The position numbers and the translations under genes are program-made. The notes beneath the pieces were generated by a model, which did no database searches, was not told where the DNA came from, and saw only the letters and a list, made by a program, of their open reading frames with translations. Shown here piece by piece: positions 36,670-49,859 of a stretch of DNA of 64,000 nt. This stretch comes from Vicugna vicugna (lineage: Eukaryota), in the NCBI GenBank assembly GCA_013265495.1, contig MU057640.1, positions 124,001 to 188,000 of the forward strand, read 5' to 3'. The stretch's first letter is position 1, and each line of letters begins with the position of its first letter.

Positions 36670-38595
36670 AAAACAGCTTTACTGAGGTATTTCATAAAAT
36701 TCACCCACTGTAAAATGTACAATTCAATAACCCATCACCCAATCCACATTTCCACCACCCCACTAAAATAACTTGTGCCCATTTATAGTTAATCCCCATC
36801 ACATCCCAGGTCTTAAGCAACCACAGACCTGCTTTCTATTTCTATCAATTTGCCTTTTCTAGACGTTGCATAGAAATGGACTCACACAATATATGTGAAG
36901 TCTTTTGTCACTGGCTTCTTTCACTTAACATAATATTTTTGAGGTTTACCCACGATATTGCATGTGTCTGTAGTTTGTTCCTTTTTACTGATGAAAAGCT
37001 TTCCATTGTATGGATATACTATATTTTGTTAAGATTGTTTTCAGTTACGGGCTATTAAGAATAATGCAGCTGTGAACATCAGTATGTACATCTTTGTGTG
37101 AATAGGTTGTTTCCATTTCCATCCGGGAGATTCCTAGGAGTGGAACTGCTCGGTTATATGGTAAGTTTATGTTTAGCTTTTAAAGAAGCTGTCAAATTGT
37201 CTTCCATGCTGGCTGTCCCAGTTTACATTCTCACCAGCAACGCATGAAGGTTCCGGTTTCTTAAATCCTCAGCAGCACTTAGCATTGCTGTCTATTTGAT
37301 TGGAGCCATTCTGATTCATGACATTGAGTATCTTTTCATGTGCTTATTAGCCATTATATTTCTCCTTTGGGGAAATGTCTATCCAAAGTTTTCCCTATAA
37401 TCCAATAATAGGATTATCTTCCTATTATTGAGTGGTAAACATTCTTTACATAACTTAACTACAAATTCTCCAAACAGGGCTTGCACCATGATTTGCAAAT
37501 ATTTTCTTTCAGTCTTTGGCTTCGTCTGCTTTCCTTAATTGTGGTAAAATAGTTGTTTTTTTTTTTTTAAATTGTGGTAAAATACACAGTTCAATGGCAT
37601 TAAGTACATTCACATTATTGTCCTACCATCACTACCACCTATCCACAGAACTCTTTTCAGCTTGCAAAACTGCAACTCTGTACCCATTAAACAGTAACTC
37701 CTCCTTTCTCCCTCCCTCCAGCCCCTGGAAACACCATTCTACTCTCTGTCTCTGAGTTTGACCATTCTACGTACTTCACTTAAGTGGAATCATACAGTAT
37801 TTGTCTTATTGTGACTGGCTTTTTCACTTAGCATAATGTCCTGGCTCATTCATGCTGTGGCACGTGTCAGAATTTCTTTTCTTTTTAAAGCTGAATAATG
37901 TTCCACTGTGTGTATACACATTTTATTTACCCAGTCATCTGTCAGTGGATACTTCAGTTGTTTCCACCTCATGGCTATTGTGAAACGGTATCTTAACGAT
38001 ATCTTTTGAAGTGTGAAAGTTTTTAATTTTGACAAAGTCCAATCTATTGATTTTCTTCTTCTATGTATCAGTGCTATATTAAGGAACTCTTTGCCCAACC
38101 CAGGGCTGTGAAGTTTTTCTTCTGTGTTTTCTTCTAGAAGTTTTATAGTTTTACCACTTACATTTCAGTTTGTGATCCACTTTGAGTTAATTTTTGACTG
38201 TGCATGATGGACAGGGTGAGGTAGGGGTTTCTGTCCATTCTTTAGCATGTGGATATTCAGCTGTCCCAGCACTATTTGTTGAAAAGATTATATCCTTTCC
38301 CCACTGAGTTATTTTAGCACCTTTGTAAAAAATCATTGACCATAAATGTCAGGGTGTGTTTCTGAACTCACAGTTCTGTTTTACTGATTTATGTGCCTGT
38401 CCTTGTGCCTGTCTTGATTACTATGGCTGTAGAGTAAGTTTTGAAATCAAATGGTGTAAGTCCACCAACTTTTTTCTTCTCTTTCAAAACTGTCTTGGGT
38501 ATTCTAAGTTCTTTACATTTCCAAATAAATTTTAATCAGCTTGTAGAAATTGACAAGCTGATCTTAACACTTACACAGAAATGCAAAGGTCCTAG
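36670..38595 (-). mobile_element. Old L1 with a nested second L1 3' end (~37530-37985)
   Basis: Reverse-strand L1 motifs: tttacattctcaccagca, aagtggaatcatacagtatttgtc, ttctagaagttttatagtttt. Confidence 0.8.
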
Positions 38596-38931
38596 GTTTT
38601 CTGTTGTTAAACATTATTTTTAACCTTTCAAGTTTTTTTAAAGTGATAAATAATCAACCAAAGGCTAAACTACAGATTAAAAAATATGCTTTCACTTGGG
38701 GTCCAACAGTAACCCATAAAGCTTTACAACTGGCTTTCAACTTTCTGGTTGTTAAGTAACTACTCCCAACTGAAGTTTGATCCTGGTCTTAAAGTTTTGT
38801 TGCCTGGGTTAGAGAAACCACTTCTGGAAGATAGGGGTTGAGGGCCCTGAGAAGCACGGTCTGCTCCACATGTGCAGGAGAAAGGAACAGCGTGCTGGTT
38901 AGTAAGATCTTACTGAGAAACCAGTGTTCTT

Positions 38932-39069
38932 TTTATTTTTGTTTGTGAGGGTGGTTGGTTGGTTGGTCGGCTGGTTGACTGACTGATTGGATAGGTGGTA
39001 CTGGGGATTGAACCCAGGACCTCGTGCATATATGCACACACCCCACCACTCAGCTATACCCTCCCCCCT
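38932..39069 (-). mobile_element. tRNA-derived SINE (Vic-1-like) with microsatellite tail
   Basis: Reverse complement of the same consensus; TSD cagtgttctt. Confidence 0.85.
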
Positions 39070-39519
39070 CAGTGTTCTTCTTAAATCCTGGGAAGCCACA
39101 GTGAAGTCTTCCTTAATAGAAAAAAGTTAACATATGACACATGAAATCTGATGCTATGAATTACACGGTCAGTTACCCTTTAACTTGCCAACCTTCCCAG
39201 ACTGACAAATATTTTCACCAGTTTCAGGCGTGCTAAAGAGCCCAGCTCTACTATTTAGTTACTTGGGTGATCCAGGGCAAGCTGATTTACTTCTTTAACT
39301 CCCAAATTCCTCAGCTGTAAGATGGGGATTACAGAGAGATTTCACAGGATTGTTGAGAATTAAAAATAATACAGGGAAAGTTCTTGGCACACCAAGAGAA
39401 TAAACAAATGATAGCCTTAGAAAGACTTTTGATTCCAAATATTAAGAGCTATGAGAAACTAAGTTCTTTGAGAAAAAAAGCTACAGAAATGAATTTTTAA
39501 AAATAATGCAGGAGAAAAA

Positions 39520-40550
39520 TTCTACATTTATCTGATAAGAAATACATAAAGAACTATTACAATTCAATGATAAAAAAGATAAATAAAAAATGGGCAAAGG
39601 ATCTGGAAAGTTCCCCAAAGAAAATGTACAAATGACCAAAAAGCACACAAAAAGATACTCAACATTATTAATCATTAGGGAAATGCATATCAAACCCACG
39701 ATGAGATACAACTTTATACCTACTAGAATGACTATAATCAAAAAGACGCAAAATAACAAGTGTTGGTGAGGATGTGGAAAATTGGAACACTGACACACTG
39801 CTGGTGGGAATGTGGTGCAGACACTTTGGAAAATAGTGTGGTAGTTTCTCAAAAAGTTAAACACAGAGTTACCACATGACCCAGCATTTCTACTCGTAGG
39901 TATATATACCCAAGAGAAAAAAAAACATACATCCACACAAAGGTATATATGAATGTTATCAGCAACACTATGTATAGTAGCCCAAAGTGGAAACAATCTA
40001 GATGTCTATTAACTGATGAATGGATGATTAATGTGATATATTCGTACAATGGAATATTATTTAGCTATAAAAAGAAACGAGTACTAATACATGCTACAAC
40101 ACACGTGAAACTTGAAAACATAATGAAAGAAGTCAGTACAAAGAACCATATATTGTATGATTCCATTTATATGAAATGTCCAGAAGAGGCAAATCTATTA
40201 AGATAGTTTCTTAGCTGGTTTTGGGAGGCATGAGGATTAATGGGTACAGGCTTTTTTTCTGAGGTGATGAAAATATTCTAACATTAGCTTGTGATGATGG
40301 TTGCACAACTCTGTGAATATAATAAAAACTACTGCATTGTACACTTTAAATAGGGGGAAGAGGGATGAGAGGGCCTGGAGAGGTGACAGTTTAAGGAGTG
40401 TGAGGTTTCTTTTTGCGGTAATGAAACTTTTAAAATTAATTGTGGTGATATTTGAACAATTCTGTGAATATACTAAAGCTACCGCTTTAAATGGGTGAAT
40501 TGTATAGTGTGTGAATTATGTCTCAACAGAGGTATCAAAAAATAAAAATA
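39520..40550 (+). mobile_element. L1M ORF2 end and 3' UTR
   Basis: aatgggcaaaggatctg...aataacaagtgttggtgaggatgtgga...gtatgattccatttatatgaaatgtccag. Confidence 0.85.
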
Positions 40551-42299
40551 ATGTATTGAATCAAGCTTTAAACTAATGGCCTCATGTTTCTTTCATTTAA
40601 AAACTTACGTTTGCTTAAATAATAGCAATATTATGGCAAATGCTATAGTTATACTTCACAGAATTCATTTTAATGGAGAGAGAAATAGAGACATATTTAA
40701 TTAGCAAAATTAAAATAGAGTCAAAAAACAAAGAAGTAACCACCATTTTTTTCTTTAGGCACTTACTGAAGCAACAAGTTTTATTTCACAACCAGAAGAG
40801 ACCGACTGAATCAGTTTATAAAACCTAAGAAAAATCATGTTGCTCAGGAATCTGTTTTCTTTAAATAGCTTCTTTGATTTATTCAATGAAAATATGCTAT
40901 GGCCAAACAACTAAAATTACAGCAATGGAAACTGCTGAATTTAGACATAGTGAATTAACAGCATTCCACTGCCAAGTGCTAATGCTGAGATTGGCTGCTG
41001 GTTATTTTACTGCTATTTGCTAATGGTAATGTAGGTCTATTACTGTTTTGTTTTGTTTCTGCCAACTCTGAAAAATAATTTTAAGTAATTATGGTGCTCC
41101 TTTAATATTAAAAGGGGCATTTGCAGGTATACCAAACACAAGACATGGTGAAGATAATAAATGATGGTGAATATTTTCTTAAAAGATTTTGCTGAACGAC
41201 CCCTGGCAGAATAGATGCCTAGATTAAATGTTACAGTAACATGAAAATAATGAATATTTCCTATCATCTTTTACATAAACATACAAAAAGCTTCTTGAAA
41301 TGTTTTTTTTACCTCTTTACTGCTAAAATCTCCTCCTCCACTAGAAGTAAATAGCAAAATCTATTTCCCACTCTTCCATAGAGGTTATAGAAAAAGAACC
41401 TCTATAAGTCTAATTTCCACTCCTGGAAATAACAGGTTAATTTCACTACTCTGATAAATGTTTAATCTATCAGTGGTACACTCAGGACAAGCTTGTCATT
41501 GGCATGATGTCTGAAAGAAGTATATTTTGAAATGCACTAGGAGACCAACTGCACACTGAATAAATATGGTTTACATTTCTAGTTAAAAACTGTGTCCAGC
41601 TTTCTGATTAAATTCTGGTTTTTAAAAGACTGTTCTGGAAGACACATGTGACTTATATATCAAATTCTAGTGTAACTGAGACTTTTCTGTATGTAAACAG
41701 AAGCCTTGTTTAAAACACTAATGTAGTCAGAGATGGTTAATGTGCGTGTTGGATGCTAAGATGAGGAAAGAATGCCAATTATTAGTTTATATTGGTCCCA
41801 GATAAAGAAAATATTAATCTGAAGTTGGAAGAGGCAATATTTGGGTCTTCCTTAAAAAAGAAAAAAAAAGGTTAGAGATGAAGACAAGGACATGAAGAGA
41901 TGCTCAGGAGAATCTTCAGGACAGAAAGGCAGTCACGGAGAATTATGCTGCTGCTATGCTCAGCAGCTACTTTACTGCTGTCTTTTGGCTCTACACACCT
42001 TGAGAAAAGAGGAGAGGAACAGGAGAGGCAACCTAGTTACAGTGGTAACTTTGCACGAGGAGAAAACACCAGCCAAGGCAAGCTCGAGCCTGGCTGCAAG
42101 GGGAGGCCACTGTGTCTGGTTTCCCAGAAGTGCGAAAGTAGCAGGCTACAGCTGGCTCTAACATCTGGAAAACTCACCCAGCTCCAGAGTCATGGATATG
42201 CCCAGGTTCTGATCCAGGTAAAAGACTAAGGATGAGCTGTAAGAAGTGTTCTGCTCAAGCTGAAGGATAATGCAAGGTCACAATTAACAGTGATTAGAG

Positions 42300-42388
42300 G
42301 TGGGTGGGAGTTACTCAGTGGAGGAGCGCATGCTTAGCACGCAGGAGGTCCCAGGTTCAATCCCCAGTACCTCCATAAAAAAAAAAAA
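42300..42388 (+). mobile_element. tRNA-derived SINE (Vic-1-like)
   Basis: ggttcaatccccagtacctcca plus poly(A); TSD agtgattagag. Confidence 0.85.
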
Positions 42389-42631
42389 AGTGATTAGAGA
42401 AGCTAAGGAATCTAGGTGTTTTGTTTCTTTGAAACTACTTAACATATTTGCTCTAATGTTTTAATCAAAAGTTTCACTTTTGTGAAAATGAAACAATTGA
42501 GGATAATTTATTTGGGAAATATGCTTATCTCTTAGTTAGAGAGTTTTTAACTCTTTAAGACTAAATGAAGAGATGGCTGAGCCTGAACTATGGCTAACAG
42601 CCTAAAAAGCCTCAGGTGCTGACCTGAATCT

Positions 42632-42753
42632 AAGTGACAACACACCTCAGACACTGAAGAAACTCTTATATTTCTGCACAGAACCTAAATCCAAGTGACA
42701 ACACACCTCAGACACTGAAGAAACTCTTATATTTCTGCACAGAACCTAAATCC
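42632..42753. repeat. Perfect 61-bp tandem duplication
   Basis: aagtgacaacacacctcag...gaacctaaatcc x2 (42632-42692, 42693-42753). Confidence 0.95.
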
Positions 42754-43155
42754 CTTTGATTTTCTTTAAAATTAATATAGTACTTGCCAACAACACGAAT
42801 AATAATGTAAAAGGTCGAAACATTTAAATCCATAGGTCTCTGTGCAGCGAAGAGTGAAATATATTAATGAAATTTTTGTACACATGCTGTCTAACCAGAA
42901 TAATAATATTTACAAAATCTTTTGCCTTATAAAACAAATGCCAAAGATCAGGCTGTAGAGAGGTAATTTTAAAAATCTGAGGGGCAGAATTTGGCCCATT
43001 AACAAATTTAATTATGAAAAAGCACCAACTATTGTTATCTGCCACTAAAAGCTGCACTTAGACTGAACCACTTTGATTCGTTTTATTTGGGGAGAGTTTG
43101 ACCATGCAGCACCTAAAGGAATTCATGACTTTCCAATGTAGAGAAATGCACGTAC

Positions 43156-43329
43156 TTTCCTCTGGGTCCTCACTGGCTAGGATGCTGCTGGAAAGTTCCT
43201 GCACAGCAGACCGAGACTCTGGTGTAGAGTGATGAGGCCCTAGGCGACTGTCCCTCTGGGCTTCCCACTCTTCACTGAAGCCACCGTCATCACTCTCTGT
43301 CACAGGGTCTTGGGACTCACTTTCTGTGC
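43156..43329 (-). CDS. PSEN1: PSEN1 exon 10 (cytosolic loop)
   Basis: ctcaaag|GC ACA GAA...GAA A|gtacg; [31 protein letters not shown]...EDPEE; 174 nt. Confidence 0.96.
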
Positions 43330-43444
43330 CTTTGAGAAAAAGTGGAAATCACAGTTGTAGTACTAGAAAAATTTCTTAATACCTGTAATAAAACTGCATG
43401 GAAACAGTAATTACCTGTCATTGTAACCAAGTGGGTTCGCTGAT

Positions 43445-44010
43445 TCTTAAACCACAAATTGTGGGCTGCAGCAGCACCTGTTGGTTGCTTCCCCAAAAGC
43501 CATTTCTCCCCTTATTTCCTGAGAGCAGAGTCCTGATGTACTTGGGTGCCCACCTCTCAGCCACATGACTCTGGGGTAAACCCTCACCAATCCGAGCTGA
43601 AGCACGGACATCCCACCATTCTTCCTCCCAAGGAGAAGCTCTAAGGCTGTGGGGTTGGGACTAGTCGATGTGTGATAAGGCAAAGTCTGCTGGAAACTTG
43701 GGAGAAATGTTTCTCACTCTTCAAGAGAGACTTAGGAAGACACAAACAGTCCTTTTCTTCCCCTGGGTGTTGTGTCATCTGGGTATGATGCCTAGAACTC
43801 TAGTTGTCATCTTGTGACTATGAGGAGCAGTGGGAGGACCAAGCCCATATTTAAGGATGGCAGAGCAGGAAAACAGAAAGAACTTGGGCCCTTGATAGTA
43901 TCAATGAGTGATAAAATTAGCCAGCCGTACAAATGCCTACACCTCAGACTCTGGCTCATGTGAGAAGATATTTCTTCTGATCTTTGCAGCTGACGGCACT
44001 CACCACTGGC
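43445..44010. mobile_element. MLT1-like (ERVL-MaLR) LTR remnant
   Basis: gtcatcttgtgactatgagg...aaggatggcagagcaggaa...cagactc motif order typical of MLT1. Confidence 0.55.
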
Positions 44011-44667
44011 TTTAGTGACTAAGTTACAAAAGTGGACCACTACTGGGTGGTGGGAGGAGGGGAAAGGAGGGAGTGAATTTTTTTATGGGCTACTCATTTT
44101 GTTATAATGTCTCAGTCTGACTGAAAACTCTGAGCATAACATGACTGTCTCGAGAACTTTCCATACATCAAGGATAATTAAAATATGTAAGTAAAGCTTT
44201 TTTTTTTTATAAAAGTAATATATGTTCATATTTATTCATTCACCATGAGAGCATGTAAGCTTCAGGCCTCTCACTTATATGGATTTTTTTTTTTCTGGGA
44301 GGGGCTCTAGCAGTTTTGTCTTTGTATTTTTTTCTTAACCAGATCTCCACAAAACCTAAATCTTCCCTGGGTCAGAGTTTATAAAATCATAAAAGCATAA
44401 GATTTAGAAATGAAAACAGCAGTCCCTGCTCTGCCCTATGCCTTCCTCACTCCCAATCCTCACCCTACCTTCAACCCTTTCAGTTATTTCTTTTGGTATT
44501 TACCTCCACATTTAATTATAATTAACATGCTCATAGTGCTATATCTTGATGTTTTTATTTTAGGCACTTGCTCAGATAACCTCTGAGTTCTACTATTTTT
44601 TCCTTTACAGACATCCCTCTTGGAATCCTACAGCCTTTGTTCCAATCAAACTTATAGTTCCTTTAAT

Positions 44668-44852
44668 ACAGTGGTTTTCAAAGAATACCTCCCATCCATG
44701 GAGTGTTTGGAAATAACTAGGATGGAGGGGTTTCTGGTTACTGCAACCTCAAAGCCACCATTGGCATTTAGTGGGTGAGGGGCCACGAATGCTGGACATT
44801 CTGTGCCGTGAGGGGAAGTCCCGCAGTGAAGATCGCCCACCTGAAATACCAG
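44668..44852 (+). mobile_element. MER20-like hAT MITE
   Basis: cagtggttttcaaa...tggcatttagtgggtgaggggcca...gctggacattctg. Confidence 0.65.
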
Positions 44853-46200
44853 CCGCACTCCCACTGAGGGCTCTGCGCTTCATCCAGCCCCTTCTCACTT
44901 CAAGGCCCTTGCCCACACTGCTTCCGCTTCTGGAAAGCTCTCCTTCCACTCTTCACTGGCCATCTCCTACTGTCACTTCCTCAGGGAAGCCTTCCTGACT
45001 TTCCGGAATAAATGAAACTCCTCTACTATAAACTTTCACAGCAACTGACACTTCTCCTTTGTAGTGCTTATCACAAACTGTATGAATTACCTGTGGAATT
45101 ATTTGTTGAACATGTGTTTCTCCCCAAACAGGCTATAACATAAGCTCCACAGGTATGGGATATTGCATGCAGTGCTAAGTGCCCAAGTGCCTAACAAAAC
45201 ACCAGGCACATAATTAGGCGCTCGATCAAAATTTGTCAAAAAAATAAAATCATGATGCACTAAAAACACAAACTCATATATATATACATATGTACTCATA
45301 GATAACCAACCTTTTAATTTCTTTTAGTTTAACACAACAACCAGACTTGTGGCAACTGTCTCCTAGGTCTACACTGGTCTAATGCCTCGCTCACTGCAGA
45401 ATGGGTCTAATATTTTTGGGTCCCCAATATGAATTTCCAGTTCAAAGTGTCCTTCTCGTGGTGACTCAGATGCTAAATCAGCAGTTTTCTTGGCTCTATA
45501 AAACCTTAACTCTCCCTTTCCTGACAAATAGCAACTCAATGAAGGCCCTTTTTTCTTCTCTGACTAACCTTTATTCTATCTCTGTTTTTTAGCTTTCTCA
45601 TAAGGTTAGCCCTTTGTTTTCCTTTAAAAAAAAAGTTTCCTTTCTTCTTGGCTATTGATATTGTGCTGTTTCCTCAACTCTTCCTAATAACTCCTCCTAA
45701 CGTGTGTTCACCGTAAAGTCTCTGTAGTATCCACAAGTGAGCCTTTCAGTCTCCCATCCTAGGTCACCAGTCACCATTATTATCCTCTTCCAGAAAGTCA
45801 CGTCCACCTGGAATATTTTATCTTCTCGGCATAAACATTGTAATATTGCAAATCATATTATATTCAAGTTACTCTGGCCTTGTCAAACAAGAGCTTCTCA
45901 TTTTTATACAGGTTTGAAGAGAGTGCCTATTTTACTTTTTAAAATCACAGCCTCAACTGAAACATTTCCAGACTGGTATTAATGGTGCTCAATGGCAGAA
46001 ATTCTTAACCTAGGGTACCTTGGCTGCACTACTGGGTTTGGAGCACTTGAACTCCTCAAATATTTACCTGTGTTTGCTGGGTATTCTTTGGTACATGACC
46101 AAAGAAAGCAGTTAAAAACCATTGCTTTATAATCCATCATCAGCCTACAAGATGACAATGACCCCCAAAACCAGGGAATTAACGAATAAAAGTCACCTAC

Positions 46201-46287
46201 TTTGTGCATTGTAACTGGTGTTTTTGGATACCTTCCTTTGGGCTTCTGGGTCTCCTTCTGCCATATTCACCAACCATACCATTGTTG
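46201..46287 (-). CDS. PSEN1: PSEN1 exon 9 (endoproteolysis region)
   Basis: caacag|CA ACA ATG...CAA A|gtagg; [28 protein letters not shown]; 87 nt. Confidence 0.96.
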
Positions 46288-47059
46288 CTGTTGAGAAAGA
46301 CAAAAGTACAGGTAAGCACTGGAAACACAGAAGGAAAGCTTACGAATAGATAGCAGGTCATTATTTCTCCATACTAATCACCAATCTTCTTAATGTCACC
46401 TTAAGAATCCTTAACAATCAGAAGTAAATCTATATTAACAACCATAAAAGGTTCTTTCTGATTTTCACAGATAAAAGAAAAATGTTTACTGCAACATTCA
46501 AACTGCAGCTGCTACTATAGAATCGTTCATTGTCATTTATAGCCCCTGAAAAGTAACCAGGAGGAAAACTGTTCAGGCCAGTAAGCCTATACTGAAACCA
46601 CAGCTGGACTAATTGAAATCCTAAAGTAGTATGAATTCACTGATACAAATTACTTTTTATAACTACATTAGAGGACAAACTAGGGCTCATATCCATTTTC
46701 CTAATACTCAAAGGCTTCTTGAAAAACTTATGAGTAACACAACAACAGAGGATGAAAATCCTGTAATAGCTGCACTTACTCATTCATAGCTTTGTAATTC
46801 TGAAGTCAAACAAGTCTCATTATACGATAACCAGAATAACTGAGCAAAGCCAATGTAAGCCAGGCAGGCGGTTCACTGTCAACTAAATTCAAACCCAATG
46901 AAAGGGAAACAGAAAGACAACCACCATGTACAAGGTTTCTGTAGCGTTCTTGGTAATGAAGGCAGCAGGTTATTTATTTGACTTTTTTTTAAATGTAAAT
47001 ATAGGGGAAAAAAAGCTACAAAATTTTTTATTTTAACACTTAATATTACCATGGAAGTC

Positions 47060-47245
47060 AGAAGTCAGCAAACTTTTTCTGTAAAGAGCCAGAAAGTAAA
47101 GATTTCAGGCTTGTGGGTCACATCTGGTCTCTGTCACAAAATTCTTCTTTGTTCTTTTCTTTTTTATTAGCTCTTTAAAGATGCAACAACCACTCTCAGC
47201 TTATAGGGCTGTATAAAAACAGGCCAAGGGCCAGATCTAGCTATA
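47060..47245 (+). mobile_element. MER58-like hAT MITE
   Basis: gtcagcaaactttttctgtaaagagccag...aaaacaggccaagggccagat. Confidence 0.7.
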
Positions 47246-48064
47246 GGTAGTATGTAAATTATCATGAGCAGAATATGTATTTGTTGAACGAATTAATATT
47301 ACTATAGTAATATCTAAAAACCCCACTTTCTGAGCTTTCAACTTAACACTGAACATCTTAGATCAACAGAAAAACATGCAAGTTAAAAATAAACATAATC
47401 TAAAAATTTTCCAAACTGATATGAAGTCAGAGAAAAACTTTACATAAAATAGTTGACCTCAATGAATTGTTACTTTTGTTCTTTGATAAGCTACCAAAGT
47501 AGGTCACTACCAGGGAAGAATGATTTAGTTCAGAGGGTAGGTGTCCATTTTTCCTGTCAGAACACAGGACATAGAAAACCAACAAAAATGCTCACAAAAA
47601 TGCCTGAGGGTGAGATCCTTTTGCAAACTGAATACCCTTCCTTAACTGGGGAAGAGTATACAAATGTATAAAAGGATTGTATTTTTAAAGGACAAATAGC
47701 TGAGAGGACTGACTTAAAACTTTACCTATTCATGATTATATTCATTTCAGGGGAAAAGTACTGATTAATATTGCTATTTTTGTCTATTTTGTTAAAAAAA
47801 AAAACTCTCAAGCTCAGTGATTTATAAAATCCTCACGAAAGATTCAGTATTTCATGAGAACAGATACTTTCTTGAACATATTTCATCTACGCAGGAGGTA
47901 AAGGTTTATGCTCATACTTTCCCCATATATGTGGAATTACTACAAAAATATCTCAGAATATCAAATGTTATACAGACTTGAGTTTTAAAAGATATTATAT
48001 ATGAATGATTTTTTAAAAAATAGAGTAAATACTTTTTCTTGAGTATAAAATTAACATACACGTT

Positions 48065-48480
48065 AATGTTGTGGCAGACTGAAAGACCCCTTCTTCACCC
48101 TTCATGCACTCACACTCTTGCTGTGGCCCCATCGTGACTGGAACGTAGTCTTCCTCCTCCTGACCAGGGGCTCAGCTATGTGACTCGTGTCAATAAAGGG
48201 CATGTGGGCAGAGGTGACAGGGGACTAATACTGAGCCCAGGCCTCAGAAGGCCTGCTGATCTGCTGTTCCCCTAGACACCAGAAGAACAAGTCTTCAGCT
48301 AACCCGCTGGTCCAGAGAGGATGGGGGAACACATGTAGCAGAGCTGCCACAGCCAAGACAGATCAGCAGGGTCAACTGACCTGCAGATGCCGGAGTGATG
48401 GTAAATCATTACATTTTTAAGGCACTGAGTTCTGAGGTGGTTTGTTACACAGCATTATTGTGGTACTAACAAGAGACACA
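48065..48480. mobile_element. MLT1-like LTR remnant
   Basis: tgtggcagactg...ttttaaggcactgagttctgaggtggtttgttacacagcattattgtggtactaac. Confidence 0.65.
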
Positions 48481-49145
48481 ATAGTAGAACAATGTAAAAT
48501 CCTAAAACTAAGAAAAATTGTAAAACTCACAATCCTTTCACTTTCACATGCACAATTAACTTTTAAAAAAGTATACAGTACAGTTAAAACCCTACAAGTA
48601 GAGAATGATACAAGGAAAAGTGTAAAAGTTGTCTCAATCTCTAAATCCCACTATTAATATATTATCAGCTTTTAAATGTATTATTGGGATTTTATACATA
48701 TACACACACATCTATATACAGCTCCTTTCTCCCACTCCTTCCATAGGATATTGCATGAATTGTTTTAAATCTTGATTTTTGTAGTTAATATATAATCTGA
48801 CATTAAAAAAAACTGAACATATATATAGCTACTTCATTCTTTTAAATGGCTACACAACTAGCCATTGTACGAATGTAGCATAATCATTTGAAAGTGTCCC
48901 CTTTGACAGGCACAGGTTATTTCCATCTTTTTCTTAATATAACCATTGCTTCTGTGAACATCTTTCTATATTTTTACAATATATACCTTAGTTTAAATTC
49001 CTAGCGTTCACTATTAACATTTGGTGTAACATTCTGTATGCACAAATACAAAATAAATAAATTTTAATTTCCAGGGATAACACAGAAAAAGCTCATACCC
49101 AAATGCTCATTAAGAGGAAAATGCTGATGCTTAAAACCTCATCTG

Positions 49146-49274
49146 AGGGTGTGGGTATACCTCAATGGCAGAGGGCATGCCTAGAATGCACGAGGTCCTG
49201 GGTTTAATCCCCAGCATCTCCATTAAAAATTAAATAAACCTAAATACTTCCCCCCAACAAAATTAAAACAAACG
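49146..49274 (+). mobile_element. tRNA-derived SINE (Vic-1-like, long-tail form)
   Basis: Same body plus tail aaataaacctaaatacttcccccc; TSD aacctcatctg. Confidence 0.85.
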
Positions 49275-49859
49275 AACCTCATCTGTTCTTTTCTGCCGAA
49301 AAACACAGTAAGCATGTGATATAATAAATTTATCTTGGAAAAAAAGTAAGAGAAATGTTCTTGCATTTCAGACACTGGGTGTTCTAAAACTTTCCCAGAC
49401 ATCTCTAGCTACAAGCACAATCCCTACCCTCTCCAAGTCCCATAGATGCTTTAACATCAAATTCACAAGAAAGACTGAGTCAACTAACATGTACTCCCAA
49501 CTTGACCTCTCTCTACATCTCACTATCTTCTGCTTTTGTCTTCCTTTTCCTTCCTTCCAGGTCTTTCCTCTGTTCTCATCTAATTTCTCTTCCTGAACTC
49601 TTAGAGCAATTTTTACCTGCTTCGTTTATTACTTTGCTCCAGTAATTACATTATTTATTATAATTACATACTATAATAATTATTATAAAGAATTGTCTTC
49701 TTGCTGGACTCTTCAAAGCCTTTCTCTATTTGCTCCTTTCCCTGAACCTTAGAAACATGACTAAATCTTCTCTCTCCCGAAACACCTTTCCCCAAAACTG
49801 CTTTCTTAAGTCACCAGTGCTCTGCCTATGAGACAGGAATCTTTAAAGTAATACATAAA

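Noticed and set aside
42632..42753. Direct repeats as a CRISPR-like array
   Set aside because: Eukaryotic intron, two adjacent units, no spacers
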